From an uncultured Gammaproteobacteria bacterium (GTDB taxonomy: Bacteria; Patescibacteriota; Microgenomatia; UBA10105; UBA927), in contig CAYGFH010000001.1 of assembly GCA_964349125.1 (NCBI GenBank), positions 69,408-133,407 of the forward strand: DNA of 64,000 nucleotides, read 5' to 3'. Position numbers and translations under genes: made by a program. The stretch's first letter is position 1, and each line of letters starts with the position of its first letter. Positions 30,082 to 38,955 of this stretch are shown here, piece by piece. The notes beneath the pieces are model-generated. The model saw only the letters and a program-made list of their open reading frames with translations. It ran no database searches and was not told where the DNA came from.

Positions 30082-30816
30082 TTACGTAAACCCGATTATT
30101 GCCGCCATTTCACCAAATTCTTCCTTTGTATTTTTCCTGTATGAAAAAAATTGGTTTGTTTGGCATGATGTACAAAATATCCTGGTATCAATATGTTGCC
30201 TTTCAATACCCTTGCCCAAAAGCTGAGATACTATGATTTTACCAATATCCAAATGCCATATACCAGTCTCTGTGTATGCATACTCCTGCACAAAAGGATA
30301 TGTGTCACGCAGAATCTCTATCCGTTCATTTGGAACGCTATAACAGCAACCGCCGATATGAGGTCCCACACTGACTCGTATATCTGCGGATGGTAAGCCG
30401 GTTTCCTCGAATTTGGATAGCATTGCCCCTACAATATTGCTATATGTACCTTTCCACCCGGCATGGACAGCCCCAATACATGATCCATGAATATCTGCAA
30501 ACAATATAGGCGTGCAGTCTGCTGTTAAAACGCCAATACTTTTTACGTAACTTTCTCCCCTCCGTGCAAATACGCCGTCGGCATCCACTTGGGTACCCTC
30601 TATTGGGTTATCGGCTATCGAGTTACCGTGCACCTGCCTTGGGAAAAAAACAGGAGTTGCGACGCCACACTTTTTGGCAAATGCTGTGACCGGCGGCAGT
30701 TGACGCATATCACCGTCCGCCAAACGGGAGAAGCCGTGAGATATGTGTGGAATCCCAGTAAGCACGCTTGATTGTAAGTATGTTCCGTTTGAAAAAAACC
30801 CCATGTAAAAATACAT
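30082..30816 (-). CDS. pgeF: YfiH/PgeF-family (DUF152, laccase-domain) peptidoglycan editing factor / purine nucleoside phosphorylase
   Basis: ADCTPILFAD, VHAGWKGT and the C-terminal Cys/His cluster. The track ORF starts at 30897 inside murE; Met28 (30816) gives a 244-aa protein abutting the murE stop. Confidence 0.8.
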   Translation of the reverse strand: MYFYMGFFSNGTYLQSSVLTGIPHISHGFSRLADGDMRQLPPVTAFAKKCGVATPVFFPRQVHGNSIADNPIEGTQVDADGVFARRGESYVKSIGVLTADCTPILFADIHGSCIGAVHAGWKGTYSNIVGAMLSKFEETGLPSADIRVSVGPHIGGCCYSVPNERIEILRDTYPFVQEYAYTETGIWHLDIGKIIVSQLLGKGIERQHIDTRIFCTSCQTNQFFSYRKNTKEEFGEMAAIIGFT

Positions 30817-30818
30817 CC

Positions 30819-32024
30819 CTACGCATTTTTTGTGCGAGATAATAACCGTTTGACTTCCTTCTGATCGCTCCACGGGTACTCTACTGTTCCGCGGCATAGA
30901 CTTTTCTCATGACCCTTCCCAGTAAGGATGAGTACATCACCTTTTTTTGCCAGAGAAAGTGCCATTTGAATAGCTTTTGCCCGTGAGGCAAATCTAAGCA
31001 CCTTTGGACCGGGTGCAATACCTGAAGCAATTTCATCCATAATTTTCTCCACATCTTCAGTCCGGTAGTCTTCTTCAGTTAACACGATAATATCCGCGTA
31101 TCTTGAAGACGCCTCACCCATAAGGGGACGCTTGGATGCATCACGCAGCCCAGCACTTCCAAACACGTGGATAAGCCGTTTTTTGGTCATGGTCCGAGCT
31201 GTTTTGAGTGCTCTGTCTATCGCATTTGGCGTATGGGCAAAATCCACAATTATTTTGACGGGTGTGGTGGCAACCATTTCCATACGACCGGGAATGCCGG
31301 GAAACGATTTAATGGCTTTTTTGGTGACATTCCATGGGATCGAAAACAATTCGGCGACAGATATGGCAGCCAGGCAATTATATTTGTTGAATTCTCCCGG
31401 TAATTTTGTAGTAAACGGATGTGTCTGAGGGGTGATCTGTGCTTCCCGTCGTATTCCGTAGGAAACCACACGCTTATTTCGTAGAAGCGGCATTGCATCT
31501 GCAAATAACTCAGATTCATCACGGTTTACCACAGCTGTTTTTGCCCGCTTGAGGAGAGAGAGTTTTGTTGCTTTATAGTGCTCGAATGTTCTGTGCCAAT
31601 CGAGGTGTTCATGGGTAATATTCGTAATCACACCAACTTCAAACGGCACTCCGTGTACACGGTGTTGCGCAAGCCCGTGTGACGTGACCTCAAGAACCAT
31701 ATGCGTATCGCCATGATCTACAGCCTGACGCAGATATTTCTGTACAAAAAAAGCATCAGGAGTCGTTACATGGAACCCTGTGTCATATATTTTACCTCCA
31801 ATGATAGCGTGCACGGAGGAAATCATGGATACCTTCATACCGGAGGCATGGAGCACTTCATATATGAGCGTTGTCGTGGTGGTCTTCCCGTCTGTTCCTG
31901 TGACTCCTATGACTTTGATTTTATTCCCCGGAAATCCATACCAGACAATTGCGATACACGAAAGAATATAGTGATAGATCGATTTGAGGCTTCGAATCAT
32001 ATATAGCATTATACCAGAAAGCAC
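30819..32024 (-). CDS. murE: UDP-MurNAc-L-Ala-D-Glu--diamino-acid ligase MurE lacking the N-terminal domain
   Basis: GVTGTDGKTTTTT, HEHLD, FNKYN, VDFAHTPNA, GSAGLRDASKRPLMG and GKGHE motifs. Only ~35 aa, hydrophobic, precede the P-loop, and ftsI ends 18 nt upstream. The DNPR-equivalent specificity motif reads EDYR. Confidence 0.85.
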   Translation of the reverse strand: MLSGIMLYMIRSLKSIYHYILSCIAIVWYGFPGNKIKVIGVTGTDGKTTTTTLIYEVLHASGMKVSMISSVHAIIGGKIYDTGFHVTTPDAFFVQKYLRQAVDHGDTHMVLEVTSHGLAQHRVHGVPFEVGVITNITHEHLDWHRTFEHYKATKLSLLKRAKTAVVNRDESELFADAMPLLRNKRVVSYGIRREAQITPQTHPFTTKLPGEFNKYNCLAAISVAELFSIPWNVTKKAIKSFPGIPGRMEMVATTPVKIIVDFAHTPNAIDRALKTARTMTKKRLIHVFGSAGLRDASKRPLMGEASSRYADIIVLTEEDYRTEDVEKIMDEIASGIAPGPKVLRFASRAKAIQMALSLAKKGDVLILTGKGHEKSLCRGTVEYPWSDQKEVKRLLSRTKNA

Positions 32025-32041
32025 GGATCCTTGAGAAAACT

Positions 32042-33730
32042 CTACAGCTGCGGGGCAATTCCCTTGTACATGAAGATATCGCGCGCGATTGAAAAAAACA
32101 GAGGTGCGGCTGTCTCAGATCCCCACTGCGAACTGGTAGGTTCACGCAGTGTCACAAGCATGACGAATTTCGGATCATCCGCAGGAGCGAACCCCACGAA
32201 CGACGCAATGGTTTTTTTCTCGTCATAATGTCCCGCCACGGCGATCTGTGCGGTACCAGTCTTCCCTGCAATCCTGTACCCTTTGGGTTTTGCCCACTTT
32301 GCCTCCCCATTATCTACCGCATTAATCATCATTTCTGTGGTTAAATCCGTGGCTTTTTTACTTAATAATCGTTTACCTTTTTCGGGGGTGATCTCTATTT
32401 CTTTGCCTTTAGAATCGATAGTTTTCTTTAATATACGCGGTGTCATAAGAAATCCACCGTTGGCGATGGCGGAAACAGCACGAACCATTTGAATCGGCGT
32501 TACGGCTATGCCCTGTCCGAACGAAGCTGTAGCCAAGTCTATATCTTTCCATTCACTGTCGGCGCGAAGCTCGGGAGACTGGTCCTCTTCCAGATCAATA
32601 CCGGATGGTTTCCCAAAACCAAAATCATGCAAAAACTTAATAAACGGTTCCCTCCCCATCTTTTGTTGGATAAACACCATTCCTACGTTCGATGAGTGTT
32701 GAATCACCTCTGACATGGACTGCTGTCCACGGTATTTGTTATCCCACGTACGGATTGAGTATCCTCCGACCTGTGTAGGTCCTGATTCATCCAACTGGGT
32801 GGTGGCCTCTATGACACCGCTGTGTAATGCGGCAGCCATCACAAGCACCTTGAATGTAGATCCCGGTTCATAACTTGCTCCAACCGCAGGATTTACGTAT
32901 ACGGACTTGTCAAAGGCTGAGAATTGCGAGGGATCATAGGACGGAACTGACGCCATCGCAAGAACACCACCTGTTTTTGGATCCATGACCACAACAGATC
33001 CGGCAATGGCACCATACTTGGCTATTCCTTCCAGTAATCTTTTTTCCACACTGCGTTGAATAACGCGGTCTATCCACAGGACGAGTGATCTGCCGTTTTG
33101 CGCCTCGATTCGTCGTTCTTCTCCAATAACAATGGGAGCGCCGAGAGCATCCTTCTCCCGTTGTATGAACCCTTCAATTCCACGCAATTCCCTATCATAG
33201 TATCCCTCCAGTCCGAAGTACCCCTTGTCATAGCCGTTTTGATCCGATCCGACAAATCCCAGCAAATGAGCAGCCATCGAGCTTTCCGGATAATACCGTT
33301 TTAGCTCAGGCTCAAAGTCCAATCCGACAATTTCCTGGGCACGGAGCGCATCTACGACGGGCGGCTCTACCTTGTGTGCTAACGGAACCCATACTCTCCC
33401 CGGAGCTGTTATGTTTGCCATGACGGTTTTTTCATCTATGGGTATATACGGGAGGATCTGATTGATAAATTGGAGAGGGTTTTTAATTTTTTGCGGCTGT
33501 GCGTACGCCAGAAAGGCGGGAGAATTCATAACAAGAGGGCTACCGTCTGACGCCAAGATTGTCCCGCGTGTGGAGGGAAGAGTGAACTCCAAAAAGTATT
33601 GTTTTTCCGCCTGGTTTCGGAGAGACTCTCCCGCAATGACTTGCCAGTAGAACAAACGGACAGATATCAGAAAAAAAATGGATATGATGATGAAAAAACC
33701 AACAGATACTCTAGACATATGGGAAAACAC
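32042..33730 (-). CDS. ftsI: Class B penicillin-binding protein FtsI (PBP transpeptidase)
   Basis: N-terminal TM, PBP dimerisation domain, and transpeptidase motifs STFK (SxxK), SSN (SxN) and KTGTA (KTG). 562 aa. Confidence 0.9.
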   Translation of the reverse strand: MFSHMSRVSVGFFIIISIFFLISVRLFYWQVIAGESLRNQAEKQYFLEFTLPSTRGTILASDGSPLVMNSPAFLAYAQPQKIKNPLQFINQILPYIPIDEKTVMANITAPGRVWVPLAHKVEPPVVDALRAQEIVGLDFEPELKRYYPESSMAAHLLGFVGSDQNGYDKGYFGLEGYYDRELRGIEGFIQREKDALGAPIVIGEERRIEAQNGRSLVLWIDRVIQRSVEKRLLEGIAKYGAIAGSVVVMDPKTGGVLAMASVPSYDPSQFSAFDKSVYVNPAVGASYEPGSTFKVLVMAAALHSGVIEATTQLDESGPTQVGGYSIRTWDNKYRGQQSMSEVIQHSSNVGMVFIQQKMGREPFIKFLHDFGFGKPSGIDLEEDQSPELRADSEWKDIDLATASFGQGIAVTPIQMVRAVSAIANGGFLMTPRILKKTIDSKGKEIEITPEKGKRLLSKKATDLTTEMMINAVDNGEAKWAKPKGYRIAGKTGTAQIAVAGHYDEKKTIASFVGFAPADDPKFVMLVTLREPTSSQWGSETAAPLFFSIARDIFMYKGIAPQL

Positions 33731-33759
33731 TCCATTTACACTCTATCATTTTTGCCGAT

Positions 33760-34062
33760 TTACTGCTTAAGATTGAAGGCAACGGGCAGTTGCGAAGGCG
33801 CTATTGTCAGATATTGTGAGGGTTTTGGTTCTACAAAGCCGATTTCCTTTGCTTTAGCGGATATAGTCAATAGTGATGAGGCGGAGGCGACCTGTTGCTC
33901 GAGCTTAGCGTTTTCAGATCTGATCACATCAATCGATGTATCAACAGTCCGGATTTCTTTTCCCGAACCAACAAACTGATTCGATAATACGAGCTCACAA
34001 ATAGCCAGAACAACTGCGATAATAGGCGCAATAGTTAATGAAAATCGTATTAGTTGCTTCAT
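33760..34062 (-). CDS. ftsL: Cell division protein FtsL-like
   Basis: 100-aa bitopic protein with one TM (IAPIIAVVLAICELVL) followed by a coiled-coil-prone segment. Canonical position between rsmH and ftsI. Confidence 0.6.
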   Translation of the reverse strand: MKQLIRFSLTIAPIIAVVLAICELVLSNQFVGSGKEIRTVDTSIDVIRSENAKLEQQVASASSLLTISAKAKEIGFVEPKPSQYLTIAPSQLPVAFNLKQ

Positions 34063-34943
34063 ACTTTTTCAACAATTCGTAATTTTGCACTTCTTGACCG
34101 TCTATTATGTATCACTTCACTTTCGTCAGCTGAAATTGGTTTCTTTGCGATACGCTTCCAATTTCCTTCACGCATGAATTGCTTTACTATTCTGTCCTCC
34201 AGTGAGTGAAAACTTATAACGGCAAGTCTTCCTCCCGGTCTCAACAATTCCTCTGTACCTGAAAGCGATTCACGTAATGCTCCCAGTTCATCATTTATAT
34301 AAATTCGCAGTGACTGGAAAATCCTCGAGTACACTGCATATTTATCAGAGCCGGTGCCTATTGCCTTATCTATCGCACCGAGCAGCTGACCGACTGTCAC
34401 TATTTTTTTTACCTGACGGGTGCGGATAAGAGCATGAACAATTGCCCGAGCACGCTCCTCCTCACCAAATTTTGTAAAAATTTCATATAACTCCTCTTCA
34501 GACGCACTTTTTATAAATTTCGCTACCGTTTCTCCTTGTGTCCTATCCAATCTCATGTCTAGCGGACCGTCCAAAAATCTATAACTGAACCCTTTTTCCG
34601 GTGTATCCAACTGATAGCTCGATACACCTAAATCCATCAGAATCCCGCTTACCTTTTCAAATCCATTTTCTTTCGCGATGTGTTGTATATCGCGAAAATT
34701 TCCCTGAACCAGCTTCCAAGACCCTGCTGTTGGCATCTCTCTCTTTTCCGTTTCCAATCGTTCCTGTGCGTGAACTAATGCATCTGTATCTGCATCAATT
34801 CCCAGTACAATCCCTCCCTGTTTAACAATTTCCCATGTATGTCCACCCCCACCCAATGTCGCGTCTATGTACTTCTCCCCGGGCTGAACATTCAACCCCT
34901 CAAGAACTTCTCTTACCATAACCGGTGTGTGGTAGGTACTCAT
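34059..34943 (-). CDS. rsmH: 16S rRNA (cytosine1402-N4)-methyltransferase RsmH (MraW)
   Basis: HTPVMVREVLEGL, DATLGGGGH and the rest of the RsmH fold. The likely start is Met17 (MSTYHTPVM), giving an ATGA overlap with the mraZ stop. Confidence 0.93.
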   Translation of the reverse strand: MSTYHTPVMVREVLEGLNVQPGEKYIDATLGGGGHTWEIVKQGGIVLGIDADTDALVHAQERLETEKREMPTAGSWKLVQGNFRDIQHIAKENGFEKVSGILMDLGVSSYQLDTPEKGFSYRFLDGPLDMRLDRTQGETVAKFIKSASEEELYEIFTKFGEEERARAIVHALIRTRQVKKIVTVGQLLGAIDKAIGTGSDKYAVYSRIFQSLRIYINDELGALRESLSGTEELLRPGGRLAVISFHSLEDRIVKQFMREGNWKRIAKKPISADESEVIHNRRSRSAKLRIVEKV

Positions 34944-35341
34944 GGTGATTGAAGCGTGGCTTCGTATTTTTGCCATGCTACTGTATCCCATATTTCAAAA
35001 TGATCGCCGGCTCCGATCACTTTGACGTCCTTACCGATTCGTGCGTATTCCTTAAGGAGCGCAGGCATTAAAATACGACCAAGCTTATCCACTTCAACCT
35101 TTTCAGCTCCCGCGAACATGTATCTTCGTATTGCTCTTGCCTTCTCGTCTGTAACCGGTGCCTCCAGCTGTTTTGTCGCTTGTTTCTCCCAACTCTCTTT
35201 ATCAAATCCGAAAATACAGGCATCGAATCCTCGAGACAGTACGACTTCTCGCTCTTCAAGCTCCTGTCGTATCTTTCTCGGAAGCGTCACTCTTCCCCGT
35301 TCATCCAGTGCATGGTCATATTCCCCAAGGAATAACTTCAT
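34940..35341 (-). CDS. mraZ: Transcriptional regulator MraZ
   Basis: 133 aa with tandem MraZ/SpoVT-AbrB repeats: LDERGRVTLP and the second DKLGRILMP. Confidence 0.93.
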   Translation of the reverse strand: MKLFLGEYDHALDERGRVTLPRKIRQELEEREVVLSRGFDACIFGFDKESWEKQATKQLEAPVTDEKARAIRRYMFAGAEKVEVDKLGRILMPALLKEYARIGKDVKVIGAGDHFEIWDTVAWQKYEATLQSP

Positions 35342-35344
35342 GAA

Positions 35345-35405
35345 TCGATATTACCATTTCTTCCCACTAATATCCATAGTTACCCATTTTTCACGACATG
35401 TCAAG
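35345..35405 (-). promoter_or_regulatory. mraZ promoter with a putative MraZ operator of four phased TGGN direct repeats
   Basis: Minus strand: TTGACA (plus 35404-35399), a 17-nt spacer, a weak -10 AACTAT, then TGGGtaactaTGGAtattagTGGGaagaaaTGGTaatatc. The four TGGN repeats sit at exactly 10-bp spacing (plus 35353-35386), between the -35 box and the ATG at 35341. MraZ is known to bind phased GTGG(G/T)-type direct repeats in its own promoter. Confidence 0.55.
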
Positions 35406-35510
35406 AACCATTTCACGACGTATTCATGAATTTCATGGAAGTACATATACGGTATTTGTGAATTCCAATGAAAATAAAATTATAGGCTTATATCTGATAT
35501 AATCACTGCC

Positions 35511-36566
35511 ATGATGCCGAATCAGGAAAAAAATGCTCAGAGTGTGTTGACACAAAAAAATAAACTTATAGCGGAATACACGATTACCCCGCAGGATATA
35601 GCGGAATTAATTGCGATAATCGAGCAGCCGAACCCAAATGACGGAATAATCAACACTGAATTTATGCCAAAATTAATTTTACCGGTAATGGTTGCTACTA
35701 CTGATAAATTTGTCTTTTTACCACCAAATATCAGATATGAGAGAAAAGAGGCAAGTGAAATACCTGGGCACTCGAATTGGAAATGGATACCAGCCCGACT
35801 GTCAGACGACGACACCGATGAATACATATTAAGCCAGAAATTAGGGAATGGTACGGCGTGGGAACAGGGATTACAAATACACGGCCCAAAAAGCGCGCCA
35901 GAATGGAACACGTTGGTAGAATATCTGAAGGATTTTTCTGTTTCAGATCCAAATTATCCAAGCGATCATGACCGTGTGCCTATTATACCAAGTATTATAT
36001 ATCCGCCTCCACAGCTACGACGGAGATTTGCTCGGTATACAGGAGATATGTTTACCGGCTCTCCTCTGGAACTCCTCGTTGCCCGTAGACATGAGGAAAG
36101 TCATGTTATTGAAATGATGTTAACCCCTTGGCCTACTGGATCAGATCAAATAGATGGGTTTCCGAATAACGGCGTGAAGACTTTTCTGAACCTATTAGGT
36201 AATTTTGGCGTTGATATATTTCACATACCTGAAATACAAGATTTATTACACTCTATGGTTGACTCTCAGATATTTCCACGAAGTTATTTGGGTGAATTCC
36301 AAGCATATCTGGGAGATTTTATTTTTTTGGCGAACTATCTTGGAAGAAACAGCGCGACATTTGAGAACATTATTTCGGCAGAGAAGATTCGAACAAAAAC
36401 GCTTTGGTCACTTCGTCCACAACGATTACCCAAAAATTACTTCGGTATGATGGTTGCACACGAAGTAGTGCTCACAATACAAGTGCCCCAAGCGACATCG
36501 CTACTAAATGCAGTGTACGCGATAATGAAATCTAGTGGTTATAAGTCGAAATCCTTTGAGAATTGA
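35511..36566 (+). CDS. Hypothetical soluble protein (351 aa), divergent from the dcw operon
   Basis: Intact ATG-initiated ORF with no recognisable domain. Confidence 0.55.
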   Translation: MMPNQEKNAQSVLTQKNKLIAEYTITPQDIAELIAIIEQPNPNDGIINTEFMPKLILPVMVATTDKFVFLPPNIRYERKEASEIPGHSNWKWIPARLSDDDTDEYILSQKLGNGTAWEQGLQIHGPKSAPEWNTLVEYLKDFSVSDPNYPSDHDRVPIIPSIIYPPPQLRRRFARYTGDMFTGSPLELLVARRHEESHVIEMMLTPWPTGSDQIDGFPNNGVKTFLNLLGNFGVDIFHIPEIQDLLHSMVDSQIFPRSYLGEFQAYLGDFIFLANYLGRNSATFENIISAEKIRTKTLWSLRPQRLPKNYFGMMVAHEVVLTIQVPQATSLLNAVYAIMKSSGYKSKSFEN

Positions 36567-37009
36567 CTCTTTTTACCATCTTTATCGGTAAACTCCATTG
36601 CGATAGACACCTTTGTCACCCCTACATCAGGTTTACATACGTTGCGTGAACAGGTACCGAGGTAAATTTCCCGTTCAAATTCGCTTTGGCCGATTGTTTC
36701 AATCGGCTTACTGCCTGAATTCACCCCTTTGATCAGTCCTTCACTGTCGTATGTTAATTCATATCCGACAGATGCCATTTTACCTGCCAATCCGGTCACT
36801 TTCATGACAACTGCGTTATCCTTTGCCGTGCTTTTCTTTACGTCCACGATGACAGAGGCATCAACTTGCGGCAATACTTCCACAATTTCCTCTTCCTCAG
36901 ATGGGGCGACAGGCGCGGGTGATCCTCCGGATACCGCTTTATACACAAAAAAGCCGGTCAGACAAAGGGCGAGGGCGAGACCTGCATAAATCATAGTTTG
37001 TTTTTTCAT
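36539..37009 (-). CDS. Hypothetical secreted or lipid-anchored protein (156 aa)
   Basis: N-terminal signal sequence MKKQTMIYAGLALALCLTGFFVY, Pro/Glu-rich linker, then a beta-rich globular region. Confidence 0.55.
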   Translation of the reverse strand: MKKQTMIYAGLALALCLTGFFVYKAVSGGSPAPVAPSEEEEIVEVLPQVDASVIVDVKKSTAKDNAVVMKVTGLAGKMASVGYELTYDSEGLIKGVNSGSKPIETIGQSEFEREIYLGTCSRNVCKPDVGVTKVSIAMEFTDKDGKKSQFSKDFDL

Positions 37010-37010
37010 A

Positions 37011-38399
37011 TTATTCCCCTTTCATTGACTGTTGAATATATGTTGCCAATGCATCGATAGATACGCGTTCCTGCTTCATCGTATCACGATCACGGATAGT
37101 CACGGTACCATCCTCCAGCGTTGTATAATCCACAGTCACGCACCAGGGTGTACCAATCTCGTCTTGGGCCATATACCGCTTCCCGATGTTGCCACGATCA
37201 TCCCATGCCGTCGGATATTGGTTTTTCAATTCCCGGTGCAACTGGCGGGCTTTGTCCACGAGCTCCGGTTTATTTGCCACGAGAGGAAACACCGCAACTG
37301 TGTAGGGCGCAAGTGACGGCTTAAGCTTCAGAACAATCCGTTTTTCCTCTTTGGTGAACGCATCGGCGAGGACCATAAGAAACAGTCTGTTTATCCCGAC
37401 CGCGGGCTCTATCACATGCGGAATACACCGTTTCCCGGTACGGGGATCAAGCCATGTCAGGTCCCTGCCGGATAAATTGGCATGCTGAGTTAAGTCATAA
37501 TTCGTGCGGTATGCGATTCCCCACAGTTCCTTCCAACCAAACGGAAACTGATAATCTAAGTCGTACGTATCCTGGCTATAGTGGCTTCGTTCTTTATCTG
37601 TATGCCTTCTCCAGCGCAAGTGAGATTCTTGTATACCTATCGTATCTCTTATGAAAGTCCACATGCTGGTTTTCCAATCCTCAAACGTGCTTTTCCAGTC
37701 AGTGAGCTCCGGATCGAAAAAGTACTCGATCTCAGCCTGTTCCAATTCCAATGTTCTGAATATAAATTGGCCAGTAGTGATTTCATTGCGGAAGGATTTC
37801 CCTATCTGTCCGACACCAAACGGTAATGTTACCCGATTTGAGTCTGCAATATTTCTGAAATTCGTAAATATACCCTGTGCGGTTTCTCCACGAAGGTATA
37901 GTACAGACTTTTTCCCTTCCACTACTCCAAGCTTCGTTTCAAACAGGAGGTTAAACTTTTGCGGTTTTGTCACCGGATGTTTATCCGGGCTTAAAATTTT
38001 GTGTTCCGTAATGAAATCCCCCATCTGTTCTATGGTAAGATCTTCAACGACGACACTCACTTCCGGATGTGTTTCCAACCACGCTTCAATCAGATGATCA
38101 GCACGGTATCTCTTGTTTGTTTTTGTATCTTCCACCAGTGGATCCGAAAACGACGTCACATGCCCTGATGCTACCCATGTATCAGGGTGCAGCAGGATTT
38201 GAGAGTCAAGTCCGACCATATCATCGCGCTTATGGATGAATGTTTCCCACCAGGCGTTTCTTATATTTCGAAGAAGTTCCGTACCCATCGGGCCATAATC
38301 ATACGAACTGGTAAGACCTCCATATATCTCACTGGTCGGGTATACAAATCCGCGTCGTTTTGCCAAAGATACGATATCGTCTAGGGAGTTCATAGGCAT
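37011..38399 (-). CDS. glyQS: Glycine--tRNA ligase, homodimeric (alpha2) type
   Basis: 462 aa class II aaRS. Characteristic N-terminus GFVYPTSEIYGGLTSSYDYGPMG, motif 2/3 regions and a C-terminal anticodon-binding domain. Confidence 0.93.
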   Translation of the reverse strand: MPMNSLDDIVSLAKRRGFVYPTSEIYGGLTSSYDYGPMGTELLRNIRNAWWETFIHKRDDMVGLDSQILLHPDTWVASGHVTSFSDPLVEDTKTNKRYRADHLIEAWLETHPEVSVVVEDLTIEQMGDFITEHKILSPDKHPVTKPQKFNLLFETKLGVVEGKKSVLYLRGETAQGIFTNFRNIADSNRVTLPFGVGQIGKSFRNEITTGQFIFRTLELEQAEIEYFFDPELTDWKSTFEDWKTSMWTFIRDTIGIQESHLRWRRHTDKERSHYSQDTYDLDYQFPFGWKELWGIAYRTNYDLTQHANLSGRDLTWLDPRTGKRCIPHVIEPAVGINRLFLMVLADAFTKEEKRIVLKLKPSLAPYTVAVFPLVANKPELVDKARQLHRELKNQYPTAWDDRGNIGKRYMAQDEIGTPWCVTVDYTTLEDGTVTIRDRDTMKQERVSIDALATYIQQSMKGE

Positions 38400-38406
38400 A
38401 ATTGTA

Positions 38407-38952
38407 TCATACCATCCGGGTAAAAAATCTTGGTGTCTTTAAGCGTTTTTCAATAAGTCCCTCTATAATCTGATCAACTTTTTCGGCTGGCACTTCGCCC
38501 TTGGGATAATACCCCAGTATCACAAGCAATAATCTGGGAAATTCAGCAATCACCACATCACGTTTATCTGACTGTAGAGAGCTGATGGCACGAAGCAGAA
38601 GTGCATATACCTCTTCGTTTTCCAGCTTCTCGGGCAGGAAGGCATCAACCAACTCGCTGATGTAATACGCACCTGTTACACTACGCAGGTTGACTATTTC
38701 AAACTGTGAATCCCCGATACTTTCCACTTCCGTGAGGTAGCCTATGGGACTCGCGTTTGTGTAGGAAAAACGAATACGCCTGAATGTTTCCAAGTGTGCG
38801 GAGCGCCTACTGTGGATCTTTCGGATTCCTTTGGCGAGCACACGAACTTTACCTATCTCTTTTGTGAAAATAGTAAGGATGCGATCAGCTTCGCCCACTG
38901 ATTTCCTCTTCAGGACAACTCCTTCGGCAGTGAATAGCTGAGAAGATCTCAT
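38407..38952 (-). CDS. recO: DNA repair protein RecO (short form)
   Basis: N-terminal OB fold with the typical EGVVLKRKSVGEADRILTIFTKEIGKVRVLAKG signature. Only 181 aa, so the C-terminal zinc-finger region is reduced. Confidence 0.7.
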   Translation of the reverse strand: MRSSQLFTAEGVVLKRKSVGEADRILTIFTKEIGKVRVLAKGIRKIHSRRSAHLETFRRIRFSYTNASPIGYLTEVESIGDSQFEIVNLRSVTGAYYISELVDAFLPEKLENEEVYALLLRAISSLQSDKRDVVIAEFPRLLLVILGYYPKGEVPAEKVDQIIEGLIEKRLKTPRFFTRMV

Positions 38953-38955
38953 GTA

